Below are positions 15,041 to 28,905 of a DNA stretch of 64,000 nucleotides, piece after piece. Below the pieces are notes generated by a model. The model had not been told where the DNA came from and made no database searches. It worked only from the letters and a program-made list of their open reading frames with translations. Source of the DNA: Eledone cirrhosa (Eukaryota). The stretch is from contig OZ024744.1 of the NCBI GenBank assembly GCA_964016885.1, positions 79,670,001-79,734,000 of the forward strand, in the 5' to 3' direction. Position 1 is the stretch's first letter; every line of letters starts with the position of its first letter. The translations under genes were made by a program, and so were the position numbers.

Positions 15041-16020
15041 ATGATAATAATAATACCAATAACAACAACATTCATTTATGATAATAATTGTTTTCTTTAT
15101 TGGCTACAACGCCCCCAAAACATTGGTGGGGGGGAGTATATAAAGACAGGGTACAAACACTGTATTTACATGAAATCATGTAAAAAGGAAACAACTACAA
15201 TAGAAAGCAACAATAAAAAATATAAAAGGAATGGTTTCCAATATGAGACATGTCCAGCTGGACCCTACAGACACATGGTTACTTTGACCACCAAAGACAA
15301 GTATATTTTTCCTGGCTGTCATTTTCTGGTCTATGGGTGCAATACTGAGAGTGGCAAACATAGCTCATCGGCTAATGGGAGGTGGGGGTTCACCACTCTT
15401 AGAAGAAATTTACTGATGGAGGAGTGAGACGGCACCTCCACTCTCCACTCATTATTTCTCCAAATTAAAATTGGAATAATAATTGAAACAATCCTTTATT
15501 TATTCATTTACTTACTTTTTTTAATAAACATTACTTTAGCATTATTCATTTTAAATGGTGCTTGTAATTCCGAAGAAATATATGGTTTTGGGGGGTAGGG
15601 GATGCTTCCTTCTTCTCTCCCCATACCCATATTATATTTAAATATGGCTGAACACTGAAATACCTTTAATAAAGCAAAGAAATGTAGGGAATGACCAGAA
15701 GCTATAATGCTGATGATTGAACAGAGACAGTTTGAGAGAACCCTTCAGTCTGGGTAAGAATGTAAGACCATCTCTAATGCTGGTGTCACAATATAATGTA
15801 CCCAGCACTCCAAGTTAAGCGTCAGTTTTGGTGCCATGATAAAATGCACTCACTACACTCTGTAAAGTGTTAGTGTTGGTGCCACAAAAAAAATGCACCC
15901 AGTCTATTGTGTAAAATGATAGTGTTAATACTACAAAAAAAGGCACCCAGTCCACCCTGTAAGGTGGTTGCCATTTGGAAGGGCATCCAACCATAGAAAC
16001 CATACCAAATATGAAACGCA

Positions 16021-16151
16021 TGTGCGTGACATCATCACCCCTTCCTTCCTTCCTCAGTCATCTCTAGTGCGTGACGTCGTCACCCCTTCCTTCCTCTGTC
16101 ATCTCTAGTGTGTTACGGATGGACGGAAGTCGCTCAAATTTATTTATAGAT
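16021..16151 (-). mobile_element. Helitron-like 5' terminal fragment
   Basis: Minus strand begins A|TCTATAAATAAATTTGAGCGA..TCCGTCCATCCG; paralog at 26340-26490 has a (CTGT)n-type microsatellite, as in non-autonomous Helitron 5' ends. Confidence 0.5.
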
Positions 16152-16439
16152 AATCAAAAATTGGAACTTGTTTTAAGGAACAGAACTTTACAGAAGCAGT
16201 TATATAAATTATGATGGAAGTTTTTTTAGATGAATAATGAGGTATCATAGAACCAGGGACAGTTTCAGGCGTGTTGGTACCAAAAGGGTTAAAACAGTCA
16301 TGAAAGTGGTATAATTGGTAGCACGGTGGTGGTGTTGGCAGACAAAATGCTTGTGAAAATTAGTTTTATCCTTTCAAATTTATGGTTTCAACAAATCAAA
16401 GTACTGGGGTAAATACCCTGTCTCAAAATATGCGGCCCT

Positions 16440-17204
16440 ATACTAAGTTCTAGAATGTCATTCTAAATGGTAGTCAAATAACTATATGTAGAGTGTCATA
16501 ACTAAATGGTAGAATGTCATAACTAAGAGGTAGCACCACATACGAACTGGTGGAGTGTCATGATTAAGTAATATAGTCATATACTAGTGGTAGTTACATT
16601 CTAAGTGGTGGTCACATACTATGTAGTAGAGTTGCATACTAAATGGTAGAGTCACGTACTAAGTGGTAGAGTCACATACAAAGTGGTAGAGTGTCATTAA
16701 GTATTAAAGTCACATACTAAGAGGTAGAGTCACATACTAAATGGTGGAGTGTCATAACTAAATGGCAGAACCACATTATAAATGGAGGAGTATCATCATT
16801 AAGTAATAGAGTCAAATACTAATGACAGTCACATACTAAATGGTAGTAACATACTAAGGGGTAGTAACATACTAAATGGTAGTCACATACTAAATGGTAG
16901 TAGCATACTAAGTGATTGTAAAATACTAAATGGTAGTAACATACTAAGTGGTAGTAACATACTAAATGGTAGTCACATACTAAGTGCTAGTCACATACTA
17001 AATGGTAGTCACATACTAAATGGTAGTAACATACTAAGTGGTAGTCACATACTAAGTGGTAGTAACATACTAAATGGTAGTCACATACTAAGTGCTAGTC
17101 ACATACTAAGTGGTAGTCACATACTAAGTGGTAGTCACATACTAAATGGTAGTCACATACTAAGTGCTAGTCACATACTAAATGGTAGTCACATACTAAG
17201 TGGT
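16440..17204. repeat. Minisatellite, 18-bp unit AGTCACATACTAA(A/G)TGGT with diverged 20-21-bp units on the 5' side
   Basis: Homogeneous units at ~16828-17204, degenerate units at 16440-16827. Confidence 0.92.
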
Positions 17205-17529
17205 TAATCTATATTCTCTCTCTATTTGGTAGAGTTTCTTTGCTGACCAATGACAGAAGCTGATGTGTTATAATTAATATCATATGATTCTTTAACTGAA
17301 TGCTGTATGCTATAAGGTTGATGTTCAACCCTTTCAATACCATATTTCTAATGAAATATTACATCTATGTTTTTCAATTAATTTTGTAAGTAATCAGCAA
17401 TTTGAAGGGATTCATCATACTTCTCTGTTGTGCTCATAATTAAGTATAATAACTAACCATATTATTAAACTAGTGTTTAGTACATAGCTTAACAAAGATA
17501 TTCTTCCATTACATTATTTTTTATTTAGA

Positions 17530-17697
17530 TACTGTAAATGTGGTTGGTGTTAGGAAGGGCATCCAGCTGTAAAATACCCAACCAAACTTACAGTCCTTAC
17601 TGGAGCAAGGTGCGATATAGCCAACTCTGACCTATCTAACCCATGCAAGCATGGAAAAATGGATGCCAAACGGTGATGATGATGATGATGATGATGA
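17530..17697 (+). mobile_element. RTE 3'UTR-derived short element with (GAT)n tail
   Basis: gttggtgttaggaagggcatccagctgta...aacccatgcaagcatggaa...(GAT)n matches the 3'UTR of the RTE at 28906-32066. Confidence 0.75.
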
Positions 17698-18229
17698 ATA
17701 TGAATACTTTACAACTAGAGGTTTGTTATCATAGAATTGGGGCAGTTTTGGTTGATTTGATATCAAAAGATTGTGTATTAGTGGTTTGTTTGCATAGTAA
17801 CTGTTGATACAGACTAAGTTTAGAATAGATATACAGTATCTCTGTGTGTTGTAAAAGGTGACTTAAAGGGTTGGTACCAGCAATATCATCTGGCCAGAAA
17901 ACATTGTCTCAAATGATGGAACTCCATAGTGAGTATCATTAAAGCTTATCATGGGAGGCTGCAAGACTAACTCCTGCTTCAGCAAGGAAATTGGCCTTAG
18001 AATGCTTCTTCTTCTTGTTGAACACACACACACACGCGTGCGCACACATACATATATCCACACACATACATATATCCACACACATACATATATCCACACA
18101 CATACATATATCCATACACACATATATATAATATGAAAGTTACTGAATGGTGTCGGATGCTAACCACAATTAAGAAAGGTACTCAATATGTTCATAGAAT
18201 ATAAACATCCTTATTATATATGGAATGTC

Positions 18230-18278
18230 CATTCCTGATGATTTCATATGAATGAAACAGTTCTAGTTCTGTAGAAGT
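18230..18278 (+). ncRNA. Type-I hammerhead ribozyme-like motif in a Penelope-type repeat
   Basis: TTC-CTGATGA-t(TTC atat GAA)t-GAAA-CAG ttctagtt CTG-TA-GAA: intact CUGAUGA/GAAA core, GUA cleavage triplet, short stems I-III. Confidence 0.5.
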
Positions 18279-18451
18279 CATTTCTATATATAATGAATAT
18301 ATATATATACATATTAGGAAGGGCATCCAGCCATAGAATACCAAGCCAAAAACAGAACATATGAGCAATATGTGGTTACCTGTCCTGTCTAGTCTCATAG
18401 CATGACATCCCATCCAATACATGCAAGCTTGGAAAATTGACCTTAAATAGT

Positions 18452-18635
18452 AATTGTTTCTACTTTAGGCACAAGACCAGCAATTACCCAGTGCATTACT
18501 GGTACTTTATTTTATCGACCCCGTAAGGATGAAAGGCAAAGTCAACCTCGGCGGGATTTGAACTCAGATCGTAAAGGGACGTAACTATGCTGGAAAGCAT
18601 GGCGTCCGACTCTCTACCGATACTGCCAATCCACC
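18452..18635 (-). mobile_element. Family-M SINE with TSD CCTTAAATAGTAAT
   Basis: Full-length copy; duplication at ~18441-18454 and ~18634-18647. Confidence 0.88.
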
Positions 18636-18670
18636 TTAAATAGTAATGATGGCCATAATGACAGCTAAGT

Positions 18671-18898
18671 TTAACCTTTTAGCTTTTAAACCGGCTGTAT
18701 GTGGCCAGAATTCTCTCACCTCTTTCTGTTCAAACTGGCTGTAACTGGCCGTTCATACTTATGTTAAGGTATTGTTCGCAAAATAAGTAATATCAAAATC
18801 TCATAGATTTGATATTATGTGAGATATTACATCAGAAAAAGCCTTTACTGCAAAAATATAATAGTATATATAGAGTAATGTAAATGCTAAAAGATTAA
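18671..18898 (+). mobile_element. Family-A TTAA MITE
   Basis: TTAACCTTTTAGC...GCTAAAAGATTAA termini. Confidence 0.8.
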
Positions 18899-20454
18899 GA
18901 TGTTTTGATAGCAAAAATGTTGCTATCAAAGCTTAGCCATATAATAATTTCTACACTCTACTCTCTCTCTCTCTTCCTCTCTTTCTTTCTCCCTCCCCAC
19001 CCTCTCTCTGGTTTAGTGATAATGTGAGAAACTGAATAAGAATCAGTATTAGAATGAACAGTTTTGTGAAAAAATTAACAACTTCTTAAAAGATAATCCA
19101 AATTTATATATTAGCCACTTACCAAAATTGAGGCTTACCTTAAAAAAGGGATTTGCACCTAGAAAGTTCCCATCTGAGGCACAAGTCTGGCAAGGTTGTT
19201 TGTGGCAGACCAGCAGTCACCCATGCATACCAGTCTCCCTTCTCCATGCCACCGATGTTGTCCAAGGGAAAGGCAATGGCTGATACAGATTGCAGAAGTG
19301 ATGTTGCAACTCATTTCTGGAGTGAACTGGAGCATCATGAAATAAAGTGTCTTGCTCATAACCTGACAATTGCATGCCCAACACTCTAACCATTAAGCCA
19401 TATGCCTTACCTAATATATATTTAAACATACACACACAAAGATTTGTGTGAATGTGTGTGTGTATGAATGTCTATGTATATATATTTTAATATGTAGAGA
19501 ACGGCTTTTTTTTCAAACCTGCTATATTGAAAACACAACTGTGTTCCATTTTGATCCTTATTATTAAGGATTTTCCTTATTTCCTTATTAGTCTTTTATG
19601 CTCTGTTTGAAACAGCAGCATTCCTCAATCCCTCTGTGTATTAACGTTTTGAAGTCTTTATGACTTCATCTTCAGAGTCAGACAGAAACTTCACACTATT
19701 GATGTATGGGCACATTTCTCAATCGTTGAAGCATGGCAGTTATTATATTTGGTTTTAACATATGCTGTATATGTGTGTTAATCTTTGGTTTATATTCTCT
19801 CTATTAGTAGAGCCTCGATGATTATGCTAGTCATACAAGAACTACATTTTTTCGTCTGTTAACTATGCACATACAACATCAGCCATTGCAACACATTTAC
19901 ATGGGAATGTGTTGCAATACTAGATAGAGCGTACATTAGTAGATTCTATATAGAATCCCCCCCACAAAAAATGGCAAATACTGCTGTTCCAAACTAAGCA
20001 TAAAGAACTGATCAAAAAATATGAAAATTCTTTAGTAAAAATTAGTTCGGTTTTCAATATAACATACACTCACACGTATATAAGGAAGATTTTATGTATT
20101 CATGTACATGAAACATGCCTCTATGTGTATGTGTATGTGTGTGAGAGAGAGTGTATGCATTGAAATTGCCATGTTCTACACATATATAATCATAAATGTG
20201 TGTTATACAATATTTATACACAGTTTTTTTTTTGTTCATTTAATGTTCATTTTGTTCGTTTTATCTGATAATACAGTTAGAAATTTGATTTTCAATCAAG
20301 TTATACACTGTCACTTTCTCATGAATATTCATATTCACACACACACACAAACGCATAAACACACAAACACACAAACACACACACCATCTGCATGTCTTAA
20401 GTTGAGTTTATTCTGCATCTTATGCGAGAGAGTAATGTTGGGGATAATTATAAA

Positions 20455-20730
20455 TAATTTTAACACTTGGCACAAAGTCACCAATTTAGGGGGAAGGGAA
20501 AATCGATTATATCAACCCCAATACTTAACTGGTACTTTATTATATCGACCCAAGTAATTAATTAGTACTTTATTTTATTGACCCTAGTACTTAACTGGTA
20601 CTATATTTTAGCGACCCCAGAAGGATGAAAGGCAAAGTTGTCCTTAGCAGGATTTGAACTTAGAAAGTCATACTTAAACACAGCAAAGCATTATCCAATA
20701 CTCTACCGATACTTCCAATCCACTGCCTGG
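20455..20730 (-). mobile_element. Diverged family-M-like SINE with internal tandem duplications
   Basis: tggcacaaag...actggtacttt..atcgaccc repeated; aaggatgaaaggcaaagttg..ggatttgaact. Confidence 0.65.
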
Positions 20731-21083
20731 GGTGGGGGAGGAGTATGATTATAATTAAAAAAATAAAAGTTATAATGCTTTCTGTACCGTTTCTACATAA
20801 ATAAACAAATCCATCATGTTTAGACTTTAGACTTTGCTTTTCATCCTTTTTAGATTTAATAATAAGTACCAGTAATATCATGGAGAGTGAGTTGATTCAG
20901 TCAACTACATCAGTCATTACTTCGTAACAAAAACATGCCTTGAGCTTACTGATAAACAAAAAAAAAATAATTAAAATAATCACTGTTATTAAATCAATAG
21001 TGGACCAATATGATCGATAATGATGGCAATCGCATTAACATTTTTAATGAATTCCAGGATTGGTATGCCATATATATCAATGA

Positions 21084-21239
21084 TAGACCTGCCAACTTCT
21101 AAAAACACATGAAAAAAAGTGTCCCAAAACGAGGAGAAATAAGGTAAAATGGGGAGATTTTATATAATGAAATCTATACCCATTTTCACAAGAGAAGACA
21201 TCTCTCCCTGCCAGATGGGGAGAGTTGACAGGTGGTCTG
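21084..21239 (+). mobile_element. MITE with TAGACCTGCCAACT-type TIRs (hAT-like)
   Basis: Inverted ends tagacctgccaact / agttgacaggt; opposite-orientation paralog at 57882-58081. Confidence 0.65.
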
Positions 21240-21771
21240 CTGAATATACCAGGATTACTGGATATATGAACAATCATATAAACTGGGAAAGTTTCGTTTT
21301 GATAAATTTATGGGTTACATAAGAGAAACCCTACATTTATATTACTTACTGACACGTGGAAGTGATTAAAGATAAAAATGATATTTTAATAATCTTTTTC
21401 TAGCATATAATTACATAAATGTTCAGCATGTATTTATAAATGACACAAAGGATTAAATGTATGAGTAAATTTGGAGAAATAATTAATTAGAGGGACAAAT
21501 GTAAGGTTGGAACCCAGTACATTGTAAATGAAAAGCAACCTGAATGATATAAGAAACGCATTAAGTGTATATTTGTGTGTGTAAATTTTAAAGAGTTAAA
21601 GATAGGAATATATATATATATATATATATATACAAACACGTGGCATATTATTATTGTTGCTGAAAAGATAAATAAATAAATAATTTCATTACTATTATTA
21701 TTGTTATTATTATTATATTGATGTGTTATCTGGAGATAACCTGAATAATTAAGTCTAATGCTGACATTAGC

Positions 21772-21976
21772 TTAACCCTTTAGCATTTACATTACTCTAT
21801 ATTTACAATTGTTTTTTCACGGTAGGCACTTTACCTCACATAATTATTTGACATAATAGCAAATCTATGAGATTTTGATATCTATTTTGTGAACATCAGG
21901 ATGAGTGGCTAGTTACAGCTGGTTTAAACAGAAAGAGGTGAGAGAATTCTGGCCAGTTTAAATGTTAAAGGGTTAA
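21772..21976 (-). mobile_element. Family-A TTAA MITE, reverse orientation
   Basis: TTAACCCTTTAGCATTTAC...TAAATGTTAAAGGGTTAA. Confidence 0.82.
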
Positions 21977-22974
21977 TACGGCTACCTTTAAGTGTAAAAT
22001 ATCTATAATGATCCTTATTATTCAAAATATTGACAAATGAAAAATATTCTCATAATCAAAATATATACTTTATTATATATATTTCAAAGGTACTGTATTG
22101 TTTTTTCAGTACGTCCTCATCAGACAAAATATATGATTTGATATATAATATACCGTTACGGTCTTGATTATTCAATTCCAGTATTGGCAGTTATAATAAT
22201 CCCTATGTATATATGATATAATCATCAGTACATTTGATATGCAGATAGAGGACAATTCAACAAGGGAGAGAAGTATGTTTATTGGGGGGAAGTGAGAGGC
22301 AGAAGAAAGAGAACATCATTTATTAATAGTATGTCACACAAGTAGAAGAAACAAAAAGAGAGTAAGAGAGACATTAGTCCAACAGTTAAGTGATAAAAGT
22401 GAGAGGGATTGCTCAAATGCATACACATACACACACGTGTGAAATAGTGAGAGTTAAAGTGGTAGTTTTATTGAAAGGGATATTAGATAATGGACTTGTT
22501 GTTAGTGGTGGTCGTGGTCGTGGTCGTGGTCGTGGTGGTGGTTGTGGTTGTGTGTGTGTTAATATGAACGCATTAAAAGTTATTATACTTGTCTTTATGG
22601 TGCAAATAAAAGTTAATCCATAATTCTGTGCTATTCAATAGAATTTTGACATAATCATAGCTAATTGTGAGAAACAAAACATACATTTCAAAATCTTCCA
22701 TTAGCGAAACATTTACTCTTAACTATACATGGTTTATATTAAGAAGTGCACTAACAGATGATGTGTATGATAAAAGCTATATACATATAAATACAGAGAC
22801 TGCAATAATGTGTATATAAATATACACATTTTTAATATGTGGACATTGGTGCAGTCTCAGTTACATACACTGAATTTATACAGATATAGCTTAATTATAC
22901 ACTTTGGCTGCTAGCGCACTTCTTAATCAATTACCAACACAAGTGCTAATTATATGCAAATTAGTATGCCCATC

Positions 22975-23418
22975 TTGAAGGCACATGGCTTTGCGGTTAG
23001 GGTATTCAGCTCACAATCGTAAGGTCGTGAGTTTGATTCCCAATGGTGTGCTGTGTCGAGACAATTTATTTCACATTGCTCCAATGTAACATTAGATGTA
23101 TATGCATCAATGGCAGGGTGAAGAAGAGTGTTTCTTTCACTTATTTCTAAAATATTCCTAAAATAGTCAACTTTGTCTTTCATCCTTTCGAAGTCAATAA
23201 AAAAAAGTAGCAGTTAAGTACTAGGGTTGATTCTTCCTCTATATCTCTTTCTCATTTCCTCTCTTTCTCTCTCTCTGTCTATCTTTCTCTGTAAGAAATC
23301 TCTTGTACTCAGGCCTGGAGAGGGATGGGCTCTGCCAGGCTTAAATTGCCCAAGAAATGCTGTATGTTAATACGGCGCCCCTAAGACTCTATCAGGAGTT
23401 ACGGGACCATACCATACA
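22975..23418 (+). mobile_element. CORE-SINE head followed by a Meta-like SINE with a distinct (CCATA)n-ending tail
   Basis: Tail gtactcaggcctggagaggga...ggagttacgggaccatac is shared with 32470-32804. Confidence 0.6.
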
Positions 23419-23820
23419 TTCTAAGTACATAACTCAAGAAAGATGGTGGGCAAAGATCAAACTAGTAAAATATAACTATGAATATAAGTAATTAAGTATT
23501 GAGAAACATTATCTCGAAAGATGACATTGATAATCCGAAAAATATATACTTGTTGTTGTTACTTGTAAGAAATAAGATTTACATATAATAATGTGGAAGA
23601 TGACTGCATCATCTATTTGCTTTCTATAATATTCACATAAACCATTTTGTGTGAGTGTGGTAGAGGTGGGGATGGGTGGAAGATATTTTGTTGATCTGTT
23701 TGCTGTTAAAATAAATCTTTGTTGATTCATCGTTGTCGTTAGCTAACATAAGTAAACCTATGTTTATTAATTTGTTAAATAGCTCCATTCAGTTCTTTTT
23801 AATCCTTTTTATACAAAACT

Positions 23821-23985
23821 GCCTAATTCTCTCACCTCTTTCTGTTCAAACTGGATGTAACCAGCCACTCATATTGATGTTAAGGCTTTGTTCTCAAAAT
23901 AAATAATATCAAAATCTTATAGATTTGATATTATGTGAGTCTTTACTGTGAAAATACAATAGTATAATATGCTAAAGGATTAAAT
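23821..23985 (+). mobile_element. 5'-truncated family-A MITE
   Basis: aattctctcacctctttctgttcaaactgg...gctaaaggattaa. Confidence 0.7.
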
Positions 23986-24357
23986 TAAAACCTTCCAACA
24001 TAATTTTATATAAGAATATTTTGTTATGTAACAAATACCATATTAATGAAATTATAATTTTTTATAAATCCCTCCCGAATTCTTCAATAATTACTGTATA
24101 TACTTGTATATAAGCCAAGAAATGTATGACAAAAAATTGATGGCAAAATGTGGGATCAACTTATATTCAAGTTCAATATTTTGCTGATGTTCACCAACTT
24201 CAAATTCTATGTAAATGAGATGCTATCCCTTGGGAGGTGAATGTTATAGCAGTTTCATTTTTGATGTGTTTTGAATGAATATGGCCTTCAAAACGGTTGG
24301 AAATTGGTAATAAATCATTATGTAATGGAAGTGTGGCACAAAACCTGTTCTCTAAAT

Positions 24358-24514
24358 CAGCGGTCAACAACCGGTGGTCTGAGAGAAAATGTTGGCGGTC
24401 TACAGAAAAATTTTAATGTATTTATCTTTTTAAAAAAAATTCATATTAGTGGTCCATGAGATTTAAAATTATGAATTTAGTGGTGCATGAGGTCCGAAAG
24501 GTTAGCAACTGTTG
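24358..24514. mobile_element. hAT (Charlie-like) MITE with a perfect 8-bp TSD CTCTAAAT
   Basis: CAGCGGTCAACAACC...GGTTAGCAACTGTTG TIRs; CTCTAAAT at 24350-24357 and 24515-24522. Confidence 0.85.
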
Positions 24515-25685
24515 CTCTAAATGACACTTAAAATATTTTGAATATCAAAATGTTAAAACTTCATAAAAATATTCTCCCTCATGAGAATTTCAAAACTGCA
24601 CCATCTCTTAGCTGATTAACTGTCTCAGCTTATAAACAGGGTTTGGAGTTTTGCTTATTTTTTAGATATAAAGAAGAGGGTCGGCTTATATTTGAGGTAT
24701 ATACAATAATTAAAATACAAAGCTTTTCATTTGAAATAAAGTAATGAAAGAGTTAAGCAAACCTGTTTGGTGACTGGTTTTTTTTTTGTTGGATAGCTCC
24801 AATCAAACATAACATAAAATATAGGCCGGCAAATACGGTATATTGTTATTAATAATTTAGCGTGGAAAAAATATATATTGCCATGAAAAATACCATTATA
24901 AATCGCAGAAGATATTTATGATTCCGCCAATATGCAGTGGTTTCCACAAACAATTATTAGTTAAGTTCTAAGGAAAATTCCACAAATAACCGGGACTGCT
25001 GTATTTTTATGTTAATTCAAAAAACTATAGCAAGGTTATTGAAGAAAATATATGTGGCTGCTACATTGAGCTAAAATAAAGAACTACATAGAATAGTTTC
25101 CATTCTAATGAGATATATATTGTTGGAGATTTGGCTGATTTATTGATCAGGCTATGTAATAATATAGAAGATTCTTTACTGTGGTTCATGTGGTCCCTAT
25201 TTTCAAGATAACAGGAGGTTTAGATGTTACATCAAGCAAATGATTGTTTAGCCTCCAGATCAACCCTGACTGAGTAGACTTATGATATATAGGTGATTCA
25301 GCCCATCTTTCATTTAGATATCATTTTTCCAATGAGCACTTTTCTTTCTAAGGCAGAAGGTTATTTCCAGTATTTGTTGCTCTTGTATTGGCATGTAAAC
25401 AGAATTGCAGATACTAATCTTTCTGGGTGATTACCCTTCATCAGTACAGTATACTGCTTACCTGCCAACTGTCAGAGCTAGTGAAAATATATGATATTTT
25501 CTGAAATATACAGTGACTGATTTGCATATTAGCAGACTGCCCAATCAGACGGATCTGCATATTAGTTAGTTATATATATATATAGTAATAATAAATGTGA
25601 AGACTAAAATCTGAAGAGGGCTCGATAAGGATTATATACATATATTTATCAAAAAGCGATTCTTTGCTTAAACTTTAATCTGTTC

Positions 25686-25725
<40 letters not shown>

Positions 25726-26339
25726 CCACTAAAAATGTTCTGTTGTATAATTAATATATATTCATACATACATACATATATATATGTGTGTGTGTGTGAA
25801 GGTGCATGGCGTAGGGTTTAGGATGTTTGGCTCACAATCAAAAGGTTGCATTAAATCCATGAGCAAAATACTTTATCTCATGTTTCTCCAGTCTACTCAA
25901 CTGACAAAAATAAGATGTACCTATAATGCAAAGGGCCAGATTTTGTCACACATGCTGAATCTCCCTGAGAACTACAGTAAGAGTTGAACATTAATTGCAC
26001 ATGCAGCCTTTTCCATTGTTCGAACTGGAAAACTTGTAGTTGGAACTGGCAGAGGTCCAACAACAACAACAACAACACCAACAATAATGTATGTGTGTAT
26101 CCTGGTGAGTTTATCAAACTAGGAATATTTTTCAACTCTGATGCATATATGTATGTGTGTGTGTGTGTTTGTGTGTATGTGTATGTGCATATGCCTACAT
26201 TTATATGTATGAGTATATAAATATAAATGTGCAAAGACAGACACACTTACAAAAATACACTCACAGACATACATTCACACAAATACATACATTCATACAA
26301 ACATTGATACACATACACAAACATTTACACATACACACA

Positions 26340-26490
26340 CACAGCGTGGCAAATGGAATGCCAGTCGCTGTTTTGCTATAGTTTTTCATCATCCCCTTCC
26401 TTCCTTTTACACACATATACATTCACACAAACACACACATGTGTGATGGATGGACAGACAGACAGAATTTGCTCAAATTTATATATAGAT
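26340..26490 (-). mobile_element. Helitron-like 5' terminal fragment
   Basis: Plus strand reads ...gatggatggacagacagacagaatttgctcaaatttatatatagat; homologous to 16021-16151. Confidence 0.5.
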
Positions 26491-26826
26491 TAAAAAAAAA
26501 TTATTTTAAGAGGGGAAAATATGCCTTGAACCTTGAACAAATGAAGCCATCTTAGAGATGTCTATTAGTTGCTATTGATCTTTCATATGCTGGTAATTGT
26601 TCTATTTGTTTGATAGTGGTGCTTTTGATTACATTTTAATTGATATTCCAATAGATCAATAGCTGAAATATCTGGTATATCATTTAGAGAACAAAACAGT
26701 GGAGATGCTTAAGCTAATTGAACTTACAGCTCACAGTTTGAGTCTTATCCCACTGGAAGTGAACTTGATTTACATCCATCATGGGTTCTTCGGCTCGACA
26801 CAATCAGAAATTAGTCTTCTTTGTGT

Positions 26827-27043
26827 TTAACCCTTTAGCATTTAAACCGATCGTATCTGGCCAGAATTATTTCACCTCTTTCTGTTCAAACCAGCCATAA
26901 CCGGCCACTTATGCCGATGTTTAGGTATTATTCTCTAAATTAATAATATCAAAATCTCATAGATTTGATATTATGTGAGATAAAGCCTTTACTGTGAAAA
27001 TACAATAGTAAATATAGAGTAATGTAAATGCTAAAAAGTTAAT
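26827..27043 (+). mobile_element. Family-A TTAA MITE, near-consensus copy
   Basis: TTAACCCTTTAGCATTTAAA...GTAAATGCTAAAAAGTTAA. Confidence 0.85.
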
Positions 27044-28573
27044 CAAAATTAAACCTGTGTTATATTGGTGTGGTAGTGAAAGAAACAACAAAACAATGTT
27101 AATATATTTTCAGTTGGTCATTTACTAATACATCTTGTTGCTATCTTGCCTTTAAGTTTCATTATAGGAGACTGCTCAACACACACACACAACATTATGC
27201 TTGAATACAGCAAGTGTTTTAAAATCATTTTATCTACTAAAACATGGCTTAGCCTTGTGGGCCCGATGACAGATGTCCTACTCATCATAGAAGTCCTTTC
27301 TGAAGCAAGGTTTTACAGTCAGTTGCCTTTCCTGGCACTCACCCTTTTAATGTGATTTTTGCCCAGTGTTTTGAATCTCAAAGTAATTATAAAATTATTT
27401 CTTTTACTGCTACTAACACAGTAAATATGTAAATATTAATATCACCTGTTTCTCCATATGATTGATATATCAGGTCTGTTATTTTATACTATAAAATATG
27501 AGGTACTTTGTATCTTGTTTTTTTCACCAGTTCTGTGTGTGTCTGGTTAAATGGTAAAACAATTGAACTACTACTAATTCAAGGTTGAAACCTCGACACA
27601 GGCATTGTGGTACATCTCTGGACAAGATGGTGATTCTCTATATGTCTGAGAAATAAATTCTAATAGTATGATTAAATGCTAAAATATATTCTAACATTTC
27701 AGACAAAATTAATGATTTTATTTTATTAAAATTTTCCTTGTTGAACTCAGCCATTTTCATGATGGTGTCATGCGTCATTTCTAGGATTTACTGCTATATC
27801 AGATAGCATATCCACATTAATTCTTAACATCCTGTAATGATTTAGCATAAAATATTTTTAAAAAAATATTTAAAAAACCGGGCTTGTTAATTTAAATGTT
27901 TATAGTATCTTTATTTGTGAAATTTTGTAGTAAACTAAAGTAAACACCTTAATTTTGAATGTGATGCAGTCATAGTTCTGTTTTATACATTTCAAGAGTC
28001 TCTTGCTAATGAGGTTTTGTACAGTACAGTACAGAAACCAACTTTCAAGTATTCTTTTCTGTTCTGGAGAACACATGGAAGGACTTACCAGTATACCAAA
28101 CTATACACAAATTTTCTGTACACCACTTAAATCTTGCCAAATACTACAATATTTTCAGTAACAGCAATACTCCAATGCTGTTGTTACTTTTGTTGTAGAG
28201 ATGAAATCTCAATTAATTTTGTTTAACCTTTTTCAATACCATATTTCTAATGTATATATAATATTTAAAAAAAAATGAAAATTATCAAACATTAGAAGGG
28301 TAATATAAAACTAACTCTTGATATCAATATTGTGTCTAAGATGGTGGATTAGCAGAATCATTAGTGTGTCAGATGAAATGCATTACAGTATTTCTTTACG
28401 GTCCTCAACATTCTGGTTTCAAATCCCGCCACAAGGTCAACTTTGCCTTTCATCATTGTGTTAGTTCAGAGGTTCTCAAAGTGGGTGGTATGCACCCCCC
28501 CCCCCCAGGGAAGAAGGTCCAGGGGTACTGGGGCCTAAGGGGCGGGGGGGGGGGGGGGGGGGGGAATAGAAAT

Positions 28574-28815
28574 TATCATCATCACCATCATCATTTGACA
28601 TCAGCTTTTCCCTGCTTGCAAGGGTGGGACGGGTCCTATTCAGCACAGCATCTCTCCACTCGTCACGGTCCTTCGTCATCTCCACCGTGAGCTTCAGCGA
28701 TCTGGGGTCTGTTCTCACCACCTCCGCCCATGTTTTTCGTGGTCTACCTCTACCACGTCTTCCTTCAACTGGCATTTCCTGGCACTTCTTCACTCATCGG
28801 TCATCCTCCATGTGA
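28574..28815 (-). mobile_element. RTE LINE 3' fragment (older subfamily)
   Basis: ORF KKCQEMPVEGRRGRGRPRKTWAEVVRTD...; (GAT)n tail seen as (ATC)n on +. Confidence 0.85.
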
Positions 28816-28905
28816 TATATAATAGTATTTTAAATATAAAATGATACTTATTATATATAAATATAGTAAAGTAAAAAATATATAATATTTATTTATACAT
28901 AGTAT

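Noticed and set aside
15041-15427. 128-aa ORF as a host exon
   Set aside because: It starts in a (TAA)n/SINE-like junction and has no recognisable domain or convincing splice sites.
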